This document shows, one piece after another, positions 23,767 through 36,700 of a DNA stretch of 64,000 bases (within the stretch, counting starts at the first letter, position 1; every line of letters starts with the position of its first letter). The DNA comes from Syncephalis fuscata S228. Taxonomy: Eukaryota; Fungi; Zoopagomycota. The notes under the pieces were generated by a model, which saw only the letters and a program-made list of their open reading frames with translations, ran no database searches and was not told the origin of the DNA. The translations under genes were made by a program, and so were the position numbers. The stretch covers positions 1-64,000 of the forward strand of contig JAHLTZ010000056.1 of assembly GCA_025786725.1 (NCBI GenBank), given 5' to 3'.

Positions 23767-25090
23767 GGCGGTGTTTTGATAGAATTCACTCCAATGTTTG
23801 GTGTATAAACGGATGAGCCACGTTGCTGTTGATGCGTACACCAAACACTACCGTACTTTAATAAAAAGATGCAGAATACACAAGGACAGACCGTTAGAAT
23901 AAGCGGTACTGTAGAAGACACACGGCGCGAGTAAAGAGGGAATGTTGTCGAGAGAAGAAGGTACTGTTCTCTACCTACGCAATTAAAGCATGCTGACTAT
24001 CACGTGACTCTCTTGTGACAATGGCTGTCTTTTATTATACTAGCATTGTCTTTGACTATACAAATATTTACAAGCATTTTTATTATTATTGCCATGTTAT
24101 TTGGTATTAATGAATTGGTTTTTATTTCAATAATAATAAAAATGTATCTATTATTATGTTTTGTTTATTTTTTTATTTATCAAAGTGCCAATACTTGCTG
24201 TGGTAAATTGATTCACTCATATTTAATTAAATTTGCTCTTCTATTTATATTACTATTACCAAAACGGGTATCAATCCAAATTCAATTTTCTACATTGAAT
24301 TAAGCACCGATTTGACCGATATTCATTATCATCAACATCCTGTAGATAACACTATAGAATAGAAGGGGTATGCAGGTGGTTTAGATGGCACTGGTGCCCG
24401 ATCTACATACTTACCATTATTATAATTACTATTGACTTTGCCTTTAGCGAGTGCATATTAGTACGGCCATTCTTCTCTACCTATTATTGTCGTTTCTTTT
24501 TGGTCAGCGTGATCGGCGTTTGTTGCAACATCCATACTGTTCGTAGTCACGTGTGGCCACTCGTATACCCCAAACAAGAACGCAAGTTACCCAGTGCCAC
24601 ACCGTCGACCAACTCGTTCTCAGCTCTTTCTTACTATTTTATTGGCCGTTTCTTTGTATTGTAGGGGTTGTCTGGTATTTAGGTGCTAAAGAGCCAAGAT
24701 AGCCATACTTGCCATTACGTACATTTGGCTACTGTCTTCATGGAACTGTAGGAAACGGCATTATTAACCAGTAGTCTAAGGTGTCTAGCAAATAGCGGGT
24801 AGCTAACTACCACAGTACTTTACTTTCTTTTTACCGTGAATTCAAAGTTGTTTCTTATTGGTGTATATTGTGTTTGCTTACTAGTTGTCTGTATTCTATT
24901 GCTTGCTTTATTCGGACCAAAAAAAACACTGATACTTCTTTTAAAATCAATTATTATTATCATCGTCACAATTATTGGTATATTGTTATTTTGCAGTATT
25001 TGCATCAGTGGATAGTGCTTGCCGCGTACTAATTCCTATTAGTTTATCAATTATATTTTTACAAAATTATTGTTATCTAGCTATTGAACT

Positions 25091-27258
25091 ATGATGGCAG
25101 CCACAGCTATATCGAAGATGTCAACGCATCACGCAAAGGGCAGTAGAAAGAATACGCATGCCACACATATGACTACGCAAGATCATGCTTACGTGGTCGA
25201 CCATGATGTTACAGCCAATCACCCAGAATTACTTGATGAGTCTAATAACCAAGACCCATCACAAATTTCACCATTGGTTAATGAATTACTGGCACCTGGA
25301 TCACCAGCAGCTTTATTAAATCCTCGAATTGCTACTGCTATATCGTCACTATCAAATGCTACTCGTCTTTCTTTAAATTGCTCTGCGTTTTTGGTTGAAT
25401 GTTTTTTCGAAGGTGCTAAATACGGTACACAGACTGGATTTGACATTAGTCGACGAGCTTTGGTGGCTGCAGTCTCATCAGCACGTGAGATTCATCGTCG
25501 TACTCTAACATCTAATGATGAAGATGATGATAAGAATGCAGAGGCTGGAAATGGTCGGGAAGAAGCTACAGCAGTTAATGTAGATCCATTCTATCAAGTG
25601 CTCGATAAGTACACCAATCTAGGTATTTATTATATCCATTCGGCATTTTCTTTGGCCGAGCTGTTTACGTTAACTGGCGTTCATTTAACGGCAACGACAC
25701 TGACTCAAGGCATTCGTGCAGCCGATGAATCGGTACGCATTGTTGATGGACTGTTCGGGTCGACTGAGACATCACGGGCACTTGCAGCGTTTGTTAGTTT
25801 GGTTAAACGAGAAGTATGTGCCACGGTTGAGCACAACTCGATTGGTGGCCATATAGATCCGGCAGTGGAGCGATTGGCCAAAGCAGGCACTGCACGCACA
25901 CTGGCCGGTATTCTTAAAGCACTTGTGGCCTACGCTTGCTTGCAGGCAGTTACATGGCGCCGTCGCCGACTAGATGATGTAGCTGTGTTAATTCACGAAT
26001 GCGAAGTCGTCGATGGTATACGGCAGCCAGCGCCCAATAATGAAACTGCTCTAATGACAACCGGCACTACTAATAGACGCTATTCAAATGATGGTAATGA
26101 TAGTATTTACCATCATGACTATGCCAATTTGAGTACTTCATTTGCCAATAGTAATTATGGTGACATGGACGATAATGCATCTATTATGACAACTACAACA
26201 ACAGTCGAACAGGAAATACTTTGGGAATTGGAATCAGTAGTTAATAATTTAGTAAATGACTCTACAAATAATAATTCATTAAGTAGCGGAAATGCTAGTG
26301 CTACTAAAACGACAACTACCACGACGACGACGACGACTACCACTAAAACAACAACCGCTTCCGGCGGTAGTATTCATGACCATTTGGGGTCATCGCCGTC
26401 AGTCTCATCGTCCAGTAATCATTTACCGCATAGTGCTTATCGACGCCAAACAATAAGTCGACGTGTATCATTGGAAGATATTGTGGGAAATGACGGATTA
26501 CACACAAACGATGAACACAATATTCATGTTACCGAAACTGCACAAGATACGGAATTTTATACATTCCCAAATCATAAATCAGCTACTATTCGACATCAAA
26601 GTCGACGTACTAGTATTTCCAGTATAGCTGCCGTTCAGTCCAATAGACTATCCAGTAACGATAATCCTTTCTCTATTGATTATGAAGATAATAGAAAAGC
26701 AAGCACTTCTGTTTTTATAGAAGAAATACCTGATGATTATGAACAAACACTACGACAAAAGGATCGACTACGTCGGCCACCACTGTTGGCAAGACCATTG
26801 CTTGTTTCTACAACATCAGATACTGAAAGTGATGATCCAGACAAATCAATTCTTGGTCCAATTTATAATAATCATGATGTAGTAGTTGATGATAATTATT
26901 TATTAGTAGATGAATCTACTGAATCTAATCAACAAGATCATGGCACAATTAGTTCACGTCATCGCCGAGGTATAGGCAACTTTATTGGTTCGGTTAATAG
27001 TGCACTTGCTAAGCAAACGAAGAAGGTTCGAGTCAAAATGGGAAGTAATAAGTTATCACGCTCAGCCACCGCCGTTATTGATGCCATCTCATCTGAACCA
27101 AGCCATCGATCATCAAAAGACAAGGAGCCTCAAATAGAAAACAAAACAAAACAATCAAAGCGATCCAAATCATTAGTAGCATCAAGCAGTTGTAATAGTG
27201 AACGTAACAATAGCCAGACTTATCAACATCAAATTAATTCAAATCAACTAGTAACAGC

Positions 27259-27289
<31 letters not shown>

Positions 27290-28779
27290 GTGCCGCCCAT
27301 ATTGACTGTCCAAAGAGCTGACACACAACTACAAATTGCAAATAATCAGAAGCATCGGCTGAAAAAGCATTGGTTTCCACGTATGTCACTCATTCATTGT
27401 GCGCAGCGATTTATGCATTATGCATCGGCTGCGTATGGACCTGGTTTTCTTAATCTACTTGGTATGGCACGACACCAAGCCATTCAACATTTAGATGCTC
27501 ATCATCCGCCAAATCATGCGGCATTTGCCCGCCATATTGGTATTCCATTAAAGGATATTATTTATTCTTCGTATGCTGAATCACATGGAACGCCATTAAT
27601 TAAACTAAAGCCTGATATGCACGCTCTAGTCAATTACATATGTATTGATCGAACAGCCAATGCTATCGTATTAACTTTGCGTGGTACACTCGGGCTAAGC
27701 GATATACTGACCGATCTTACTTGTTCCTATGCTGAATTTGAACTACATGGTCGTCGCTACCACACACATAGTGGCATGCTTGAAAGTGCACAATTACTCG
27801 CCGATCCACGATCAGAAGTATCACGCCATGTGCGTATGGCACTTGAACAAGAACCGAATTTTGGACTTGTTATATGTGGACACTCACTTGGTGGTGGTGT
27901 TGCTGCTTTATTATCACTTTTATGGTCAGAACCTGTTACAGCCGTCGAGCCATTGGACGAAGAAGCAGAAGAAGAAAAAGGAGAATACAAAATTAAACAT
28001 GGCAACATTATTCAAAGTAATCAATGGCCACCGACTCGAAGATTTGTTACAGCAACGTTATCTCCATTGCCAAAAGGGCGATCTATTCGCTGTTTTGCTT
28101 ATGCATCACCATGTGTTGCCGATACAGAGTTGCGTAAATTTGCCCGTGGATTAGTCACCACCATTGTACATGGCCATGATATTGTACCCACCCTTTCACT
28201 TGGTGTTCTACACGACTTTAAAGCTATTTCCGTATCACTCTATGCCGAGCACAAATTGGCCGAGGATATTATTGCTCGGTGTGTTGGTCTACGTAGTGGT
28301 GAAATAAATAGGGCATCAGCTACGGCCACAGCCAAAAATAAGCCTTTAGCACCTGAAATGCTTCAGCGTTCACAAACGGTGCCTCATTATGCACAATCCT
28401 CATCGACACCCTCTGGCGAACATACCGGTCATGGTTCTCGTACATTTTCAGCTGGCCAGCATCCATCAGATCAGCGGATTGGTACTGGTCATTAATTAAA
28501 ACGCTAAAAGCGGATATGACAGCACGTAAGCTATATCCACCTGGGGATGTTTACGTAGTCGAGTCGTCGCAAGAACGCTACTTGGAAAAGGGAGATGATA
28601 AGCCACGCAATTGTATACGTGCTCGTATGATGCATGTTCGTCAAGTTGAGGAGCGATTTGGCGAACTTGTTTTTGCTAAACAGATGTTATCGGACCATGC
28701 ACCTACTGGCTACGAACGCTGTTTAGATGCTTTGGCTAGCGATGAACCCATACTATTTGATGAGCCGTTAAATCGATAG
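25091..28779 (+). CDS. Class 3 lipase / DAG-lipase-like protein with a long low-complexity middle; apparent frameshift near 28472
   Basis: TLRGTLGLSDILTDL, GHSLGGG nucleophile elbow and HGHDIVP. The conserved-looking tail WYWSLIKTLKADM..KLYPPG...DH lies in the -1 frame. Confidence 0.85.
27258..27289. repeat. (ACA)n coding microsatellite (poly-Thr) in the lipase gene
   Basis: ACA run encoding a poly-Thr tract. Confidence 0.85.
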
Positions 28780-30883
28780 CATCGTCTTTTATTGTGCAAA
28801 GTGTACTAAACCAGTATATTTTATTTATTAGTTGTACGGAATCATATACTGTCAATATAGCCAGAGCAATTATATTGACGATCAGACATATTGATTTAGA
28901 ACGTCGATCTTGATGTATATTCTTATCGTGACTATCGGCCCTTACAAACACAAGGTCCTTTTGAATAGATATTTAATTATTTGTACCCATTTTATTAACA
29001 TTGTTTAATAACATTATTATAATCATATTAATTAAATAAAGCGTAATATAGGTGATATTTATTAAATAATTATAATTCAATTATATTTATTTTACCAAGT
29101 AGCACAAGGTATCATGGGACCCTTTACATTGCAGCAAATTATTTCAACTGTGTACACTAAAACGTACGCACCGACTAAAAATAATTAATATCAAAACATG
29201 ATTTATCATGAGACCGTGTTATGGTCATACACTTACACAAAGTAGTAATTAATTATTGCTCTATTTGCTCTATTTGCTCTCGTTCTTCTCTCTCTCTCTC
29301 TCTATCCGTCACTCTCTTGCGTATCTCAATCCGATAACTAACCGCCATAGGATTAAAAATAGTTGCTGTCACACAATCCGACTATTTCGGAAAGGAGGGC
29401 CAATAGTACTGCCATCGTCGGCCTGCTTTTCGCTCTTCGCTTGCTCTTCATTCATAGCAAAGTCTTTACTAAAAATGAACCATTCTTCAGTCCATTCATC
29501 CAAATATGAATCGCATGTCTTCCAAGTGATTGCAATGGCCAATATGGCTCTTATATCCATTGACGGGTCACAGTAGAGCAAGGCCTTTCCTTGTACACAG
29601 CATGTCATTCCATTTTCTGTCTCCCTCTCTCCCTCTCTCTATCTATCTATATCTCCCAATCTATTGATGCCAGTTGCTACAATCTGTCAAATAGATAAAA
29701 GAGACCTTCCTGCTCGTGCTTATCCGTAACTACTGCCTCGCAACCGGTTCTCCTCTTTATCGCATAGCAAAGAAAAGATCGTCTCCCCTTGCTCTCGTAC
29801 GCGCGTAAATACCCACTCAGCCACACCTACCAACATTGACGCATCTACTTTTGCAGCCTTTGCTTTCTGTGTAGTCTGCATGCAATAAAACAGCGTGGAC
29901 ACCTGTGGCTTCCTCCTCCTTCTCCTACGCCTCCTCCCATTTGCATTAAACATCAATTCTATGCGACGTATCATTGGCGGCCATCTACCGACCTGTTTGT
30001 CTTCACTCACTCACTCACTTTAGTTTTACTCTCGCCCTTTCAAACTTTGCGGCGCTTCCTCTTTCGTTATTATCTTCTTATTTTATAGTGGGCCTACTTA
30101 ACGTTTGTTACTTTCGTTTGTCGTCATCGTTGTTGGAAGGCACGGTCATCTTGCCCACCAAGCCTACAAGGTATACGTTAAACAAATATCTTTACTTTTA
30201 TCTTGCTAATGGTGCCATCTCTTTATTAATACAATATAATATATAATACACACATATATATTCATATAGCATTTCCCATTTATTCGCCATCTACTTGTTT
30301 CATTCAACAACTATTTAAACGCTGATATCAGCAATTCTATTTTTTGTTTGCACACTATTAGTAAGTAGTTAGAATGTGAATTGCAATGCCTTGCCGTGCA
30401 TTTGTCATCTTGGCGTATTATACACAGTGCTTAAATAATAGAGTGCTACTTGGTAGCGGAACGCCAAAAGTGTTTTTAACACTATACTGTATTGTCATTT
30501 CTCCATTTTCAATAGAGTTTCTATTTTTATCACCATTTTTGTCCCTGTGATGTTCTATTTTTAAACTTCGCTGTGTGATTGTTCATTCGCCGATTGATAA
30601 CTAACGAGCTGATTTTTGCTAGATAATCGGTACATTCTACCAAGACGCTGTTGTGTTTTGGTAGTGGCAGCAGCAACAGTGCATTAGCGTTATTTTAATT
30701 GTTTTTGGACAGATCCTACTTTACTCGGCTGGGCTGGGCACTACTTCCACTTTGTGTTACAATAGTGTTGAAGGCCGAGAAGAAGGGATTGGCTGTGCTC
30801 GTCTTTTCGTCTTAGCTATTTCCATTAGTATTTGCTTTATTATCAGTCTATTGCCATTGTTATTAGCAAGTTAAATTAGAAAT

Positions 30884-33800
30884 ATGTCAGGCAAACGTCA
30901 GGGCAGAGACACATCAACCTCATCATTGGATCGGCATGATTTGGTTGCGTTGGATACGCCTAAAGATGCTGATATCGTTCAAGCACTACAGGATCGCTAT
31001 TCCCGCGATACAACCTATACACGACTTGGTTCACGTGCTATTATCTCAGTAAATCCAGATCGCACTTTATCGAATGTCAACGATGCTACTTGCGAAGAAT
31101 ATGTTGCTGAGTATCGTGATACTAGCGGCCAACGCCGTATTTTGGAACCACATTTATTCCAGCTGACTGCCAATGCATATCTGCATATGCGACGCACCGG
31201 CGTCGACCAATCAATCATTTTCTGGTAAGTGCTGCGTGCAAAGTGTTTATAATACAGCGTAATTAATAATCTATCGGTTTATAGCGGTGAGAGCGGCAGT
31301 GGAAAGTCTGAAAGCAAAAAGCTTGTATTCAAGTACATTACAATGCTACGTGCACAATCCAAGAAAGAAGCCCGTATTATGAAGCAGATTCAAAGCGCAT
31401 CAGATGTTATTGAATCATTTGGCAATGCAACAACTGTGCACAATTCAAATGCATCACGTGTTGGTACATTTACAGAACTTGCCTTTAATGAACGCGGCCG
31501 AGTTATTGGCTCAAAATTACTTGACTATACACTGGAAAAGTCCCGTGTAGCAGTCCAGCAACCAGGAGAGCGTAATTTTAACGTTTTCTACCAACTGATG
31601 GGCGGTGCATCAGAAGAAGAGCGACAGCGCTGGCGACTTGAAGACGCTGCAGTTTACTCGTATCTTGGTCGACAGGCAAATGTACGCCAGCCAATGGCAC
31701 AAGACACTGCAGCATTTGAAGATTTACGATCTGCACTCAAATCAATTGGACTCGGTAAAAAGATCCAATCACAGATATTCCGGTGTCTGGCTGGTATTTT
31801 ACACTTGGGCAGTATCCAGTTTACGGATCCCAGCCGCCAGACAACAGAAGAGTCGGCATATGTACGCAACGATGAAGCACTTGCCACGGCTGCCGAACTG
31901 TTTGGACTACACGCACGCGCACTTGAGGGTGTATTGACATACAAGACACAGCTTATCAAGTCGGAAATGTGCACGCTTTTCCTGAACGCCGAACAATGTG
32001 CTCGTCAACGTGACGATCTTGCTCGATCACTCTATGGACTGCTATTTTCATGGCTGATCGAACAGATCAATACAAAGCTATGCACAGAATCGCAAACATA
32101 TTTTATTGGTGTACTCGATCTTATCGGCTACCAGCCGGACCGAGTTGTTCGTAACGGAGCCGGACTCGGCTTTGAAAACTTTTTATCTAACTTTGCATGT
32201 GAACGAGTGCACAACTTTATGCTGCATGAAATCTTTATTGCCGGTAGTGACGACATGAGCAACGACGGCGTACGTGTGCCTCGTGTCGACTATGTCGACA
32301 ACGCGCCATGTCTCGATCTATTTATGAAGCCACGTCGTGGTCTGTTTGGCCTAATGGACAAGGAAGCGTCACGATCGGCCAATATCCGTCCTGCAACAGA
32401 CGAGCAGTTCTTGCAAGCGTTTAATAAGCAACATTCAGCACACGACAACTACCTTGTCGTGCCAAATCGCCATAACGCATTTGCAATTCAACACTTTGCC
32501 GGACAAGTCACGTACGACGTGGACCGGTTTGCCGACAAGAATGCCGATCTTTTGAGTGCAGACTTTGTCCAGCTGTTCCGTGGTAATGGCGGTGACTTGC
32601 CAGGATCGGCCAATGCCTTTATTACAACACTGTTTGAAGGCAGTTCTGTCGAGACGGAGACACATGCGCGTGACAACGGCATTATTGTTGCAGCACGTCA
32701 GTCGGCCAAACCAACTCGCTCGCCAAGTACACGTCGTATGCGTAAAGCCGACGATGTGGAGGTTGACGACGACGACGACGACGCCAAGAGCAAGAAAGGA
32801 AAGAAAGGCACCAAAAAGGACAAGACGACCAAGCTTGTTGGTGTCGGTACACAGTGCAGTAAAGGTATTGGCGAATTGCTTGATACACTTGGCGAAACAA
32901 TGCCATGGTTTGTGATCTGTATACGACCAAATGATCAGTCTAAAGTTGGTAAATTCGATGCCAAATATGTACGATCACAAGTACGCTATTTGCAACTACC
33001 CGAAATTGCCCAACGACGAGCAGTCGAATATATGGCCAATTTTACGCATGCCGAATTTATCGACCGTTACACAATCGTACTTTCGCCAATGGGAATTGAG
33101 TCAAGTCGGCAGCCGCGGGCCAAGATTGAAGCAGCCGGCGAAATATTTGGCTGGACGCCGCGCGAAATGTGCATTGGCAATAAACGCGTTTGGCTAAATG
33201 ATTCGGCCTGGCGCGATTTGGAAGACAATCTACGTGCTGCCGAAAATGAAACACGCCGACGACAGAAAGATGGCGGTGGTGGCATGGACGATAACATGTC
33301 TACATACAGCGGCATGACTGGATACGGCGGCGGTATGCTTGCTCCACCACGAGCTCTAGGTGCTGGATTACCAGGTGCACCATCTGTCTTCTCTGATGAT
33401 CAACAATCGTATATGAGTGATGACGACGGTGGCAACTCTACCTATGGCGATCACCGAGGCAATAATTCGCCATATGCTGGTTCATCAGCTGGCGATTATG
33501 AAATGCGTAAACGCAATGGTGGCGGCATGTCAAGTAGTGCTGGTGATCATGGCGACAAAAACATTCTAGTTGAGCAAGAAGAAGAAGAAAAGCCTAAAAT
33601 GACTGCTCAACGTCGCCGCTGGCTATGTATTACGTGGTCATTAACTTGGTGGGTACCGCCCTTCTGCTTAGGATGGTGCGGTATGAAACGTAAAGACATT
33701 AGAATAGCCTGGCGTGAAAAGCTTGCTTTGTGCATTGTTATCTTCTTTGCCTGCTTAGTAATGTTATTCTTTATTGTCTTCTTTGGTAAATTGATCTGTC

Positions 33801-36700
33801 CACGCCAAGAGATTATGAATACTATTGAGTTAGCTGCACAAAAGGACGATAAGCCGTTGCCATACACCGCTATTCGTGGTGAAATTATGGATATCAGAAA
33901 GGTTGCTGTCCACGCACAAACCACGCTTAAAGAAATGCTTGACGTCAAAAGCAACTATGCTGGCCAGGATGCATCCAGATTATTCCCTGTACAGCCAAGT
34001 GTTCTATGTGACGGTGCTGATGGTAGTAAAAGTATTGACCAAGCATTGGCGTTTAGCAATTTCACTGTTCAAGGTGATACGGCCAATGTACACGACTTCC
34101 GTTGGTATACTCGAAAAGGAAATCTAAACAAATACAGCGAAATTATGGAAACGCTTAGAAGAAGTGCCCGTATAGCGTATCTTGGCTGGGATCCAAACGA
34201 TTTGAAAGCCATGGTCGCATCAGCATCAACAAGCTATGTTATTATTAACGAACAAGTCTTTGATCTTACCAGATACATGACGAACAATGTTGATTATCTG
34301 TATCCAGATGGTAGCCGTGGAAAAGACTCAGCACCTGTCGTTAATTTCCTTGGCGATGAATTTGCTGCTTTGGTTAAAGCCAATCCTGGTAATGATATTA
34401 CGAACAAGTTTAACCAAATGTTCAAATCTAAAAAGGCCGATCAAAATCGCATCAAGGTTTGCTTGCGTAATTTGTTCTTTGTCGGTGTCGTTGATTATCG
34501 TCGAAGTGCACGTTGTCAATTTGCCAATTACATTCTACTTGCCGTTACATCATTCATGGTGTTGATTATATTCTTTAAATTCCTTGCCGCCCTTCAATTG
34601 ACTAGTCGTCGTGATCCTGAAGAACACGATCGATTTGTTATTTGCCAAGTGCCATGTTATACTGAAGGCGAAGAATCGCTTAAAGACACAATTGATTCAC
34701 TTGCCGTACTTCGATATGACGATAAACGTAAATTAATATTTATTATTTGCGATGGTATGATCGTTGGTTCTGGCAATGACCGCTCTACACCTCGTATTGC
34801 GCTTGATCTACTTGGTGCCGATCCTAGCATTGATCCTGAACCACTTAGCTTCCTATCACTTGGTGATGGTATTAAACAGCATAATATGGGCAAGGTATAT
34901 ACTGGCCTTTATGAATGTAAAGGTCATGTTGTTCCATACATTGTTGTTGTTAAAGTTGGTCGTCCAAATGAACGTGCCCGTCCTGGCAATCGTGGCAAGC
35001 GCGACTCTCAGCTTATTCTAATGCGATTCTTTAATGCCGTTCACTTTAATTCGGAAATGACACCACTTGAACTTGAAATGTATCACCAAATCAAAAATGT
35101 TATTGGTGTCGATCCAAGCTTTTATGAATACGTTCTTATGGTGGATGCCGATACATTTATTATGCCAGATTCACTTAATCGCATGGTCAGTGCTATGTTG
35201 CACGATCAAAAGATCATTGGCTTGTGTGGTGAAACGCAACTTGCCAATGCTAAAGCAACCTGGATTACAATGATTCAAGTATACGAATACTACATTTCTC
35301 ATCATATGGCAAAGGCATTTGAATCGCTATTTGGCTCTGTTACCTGTCTTCCTGGCTGTTTCTCGATGTACCGTGTCCGTGCACCTACAAAGAATAAGCC
35401 ATTGCTTGTATCTAATCAATTAATTGAAGAATATTCAGAGAACCGTGTTGATACATTGCATAAGAAGAATTTGCTATCACTTGGTGAAGATCGTTATTTG
35501 ACAACGCTACTACTTAAGCACTTCCCAATGAACAAGACTTCATTTACAAGCGATGCACAGTGCCGTACCAACGCTCCCGATACATGGTCTATTCTGCTTT
35601 CACAGCGCCGTCGATGGATCAATTCAACTGTGCATAATCTTGTTGAGCTTATTTCGCTACCACGTCTGTGCGGTTTCTGCTGCTTCTCTATGCGATTTGT
35701 TGTATTCATCGACTTGTTCTCCACCGTTGTTGCACCGGCTGCTGTTGTGTATCTTGGCTACTTGGTATATGTCGGTATTACGGAAGGTAGTGATGCAGTT
35801 ATGATTTCCTTTATTCTGTTTGGTGTAGTCTACGGCCTACAAGCCATTATTTTCTTACTTAGACGTAAATGGGAGCATATTGGTTATATGATTATTTCTA
35901 TTATTGCACTGCCACTTTTTTCGTTCTTTATTCCTATCTATTCGTTCTGGCACTTTGATGACTTTTCTTGGGGTAATACTCGTTTGGTAGTTGGTGATAA
36001 GGGCGATAAGAAATACATATCTGCTGATGATGAGAAATTTGACCCACGTAGCATTCCACGTAAGAAGTGGAGCGACTACGAACAGAGCTGTGGGAGGTTG
36101 GTTCGCAGAACTCACACGAGTCTCGTGCTACTGCCGTCAGCCACCATTCTCACCAATCGCATCAATCTCGAGGCCATCCGAGTGAATACGGCGCATTTGC
36201 CGGTACTGGAACGCCATCAGTTATGGGCATGGAACAAAACTATCGTCAGAGCTCGTACTCCAACATGAAGACGGCTGTGGGTACCAACGATCATCGGGCT
36301 TCTCAAGCACTTACCATCGATAACAATATGATGGGCGGTAACTTTAGCCAGGAAATATACAAGGCCAGCCCGGATTTGCCAATAATAATAACAATGCCTA
36401 TGCTCGTCCAGCAAGTGCCGTTTATAGCGCGTACGGCGTTGGTAATAATGGTGCTCATTCGGTTGGTGCCCCATCGGTTATTATGGATTTCGATGGCCAC
36501 AACAACAACACCAACAACATGTGTCCAAATGACGATCAAATTCTTGGCGAAATTCGACGTATTCTTTCGACGGCCGATCTAATGACCGTAACAAAGAAAC
36601 AGTTAGAGACGAGCTTTCGGCCTTCTTTGGCATTGATATGACACCCAAGAAAGAGTACATCAATCGATGCATTGAAATGATTCTACAGGGCAAATTATAA
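30884..36700 (+). CDS. Myosin-motor (class V-type) chitin synthase with cytochrome b5-like and DEK_C domains; three apparent frameshifts in the 3' tail
   Basis: P-loop GESGSGKS follows an intron at ~31226-31284. Has a myosin head, LGEDRYL and QRRRW motifs, and C-terminal DEK_C (ILSTADLMTVTKK / VRDELSAFFG...KKEYIN) ending at TAA 36698-36700. Confidence 0.93.

Noticed and set aside
24290-24540. Minus-strand splice-like signals suggesting a tiny gene between VPS4 and the lipase
   Set aside because: Every joining I tried gives a very short product; it may be a UTR exon and cannot be supported.
29256-30246. Short ORFs upstream of the chitin synthase
   Set aside because: CT-rich promoter/5' UTR sequence with no domain signal.
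31015-36693. Many antisense and alternate-frame ORFs inside the chitin synthase (and likewise inside the pol, lipase and transporter genes)
   Set aside because: Shadow ORFs of long coding regions. The exception is 36067..36582, which is part of the frameshifted tail.
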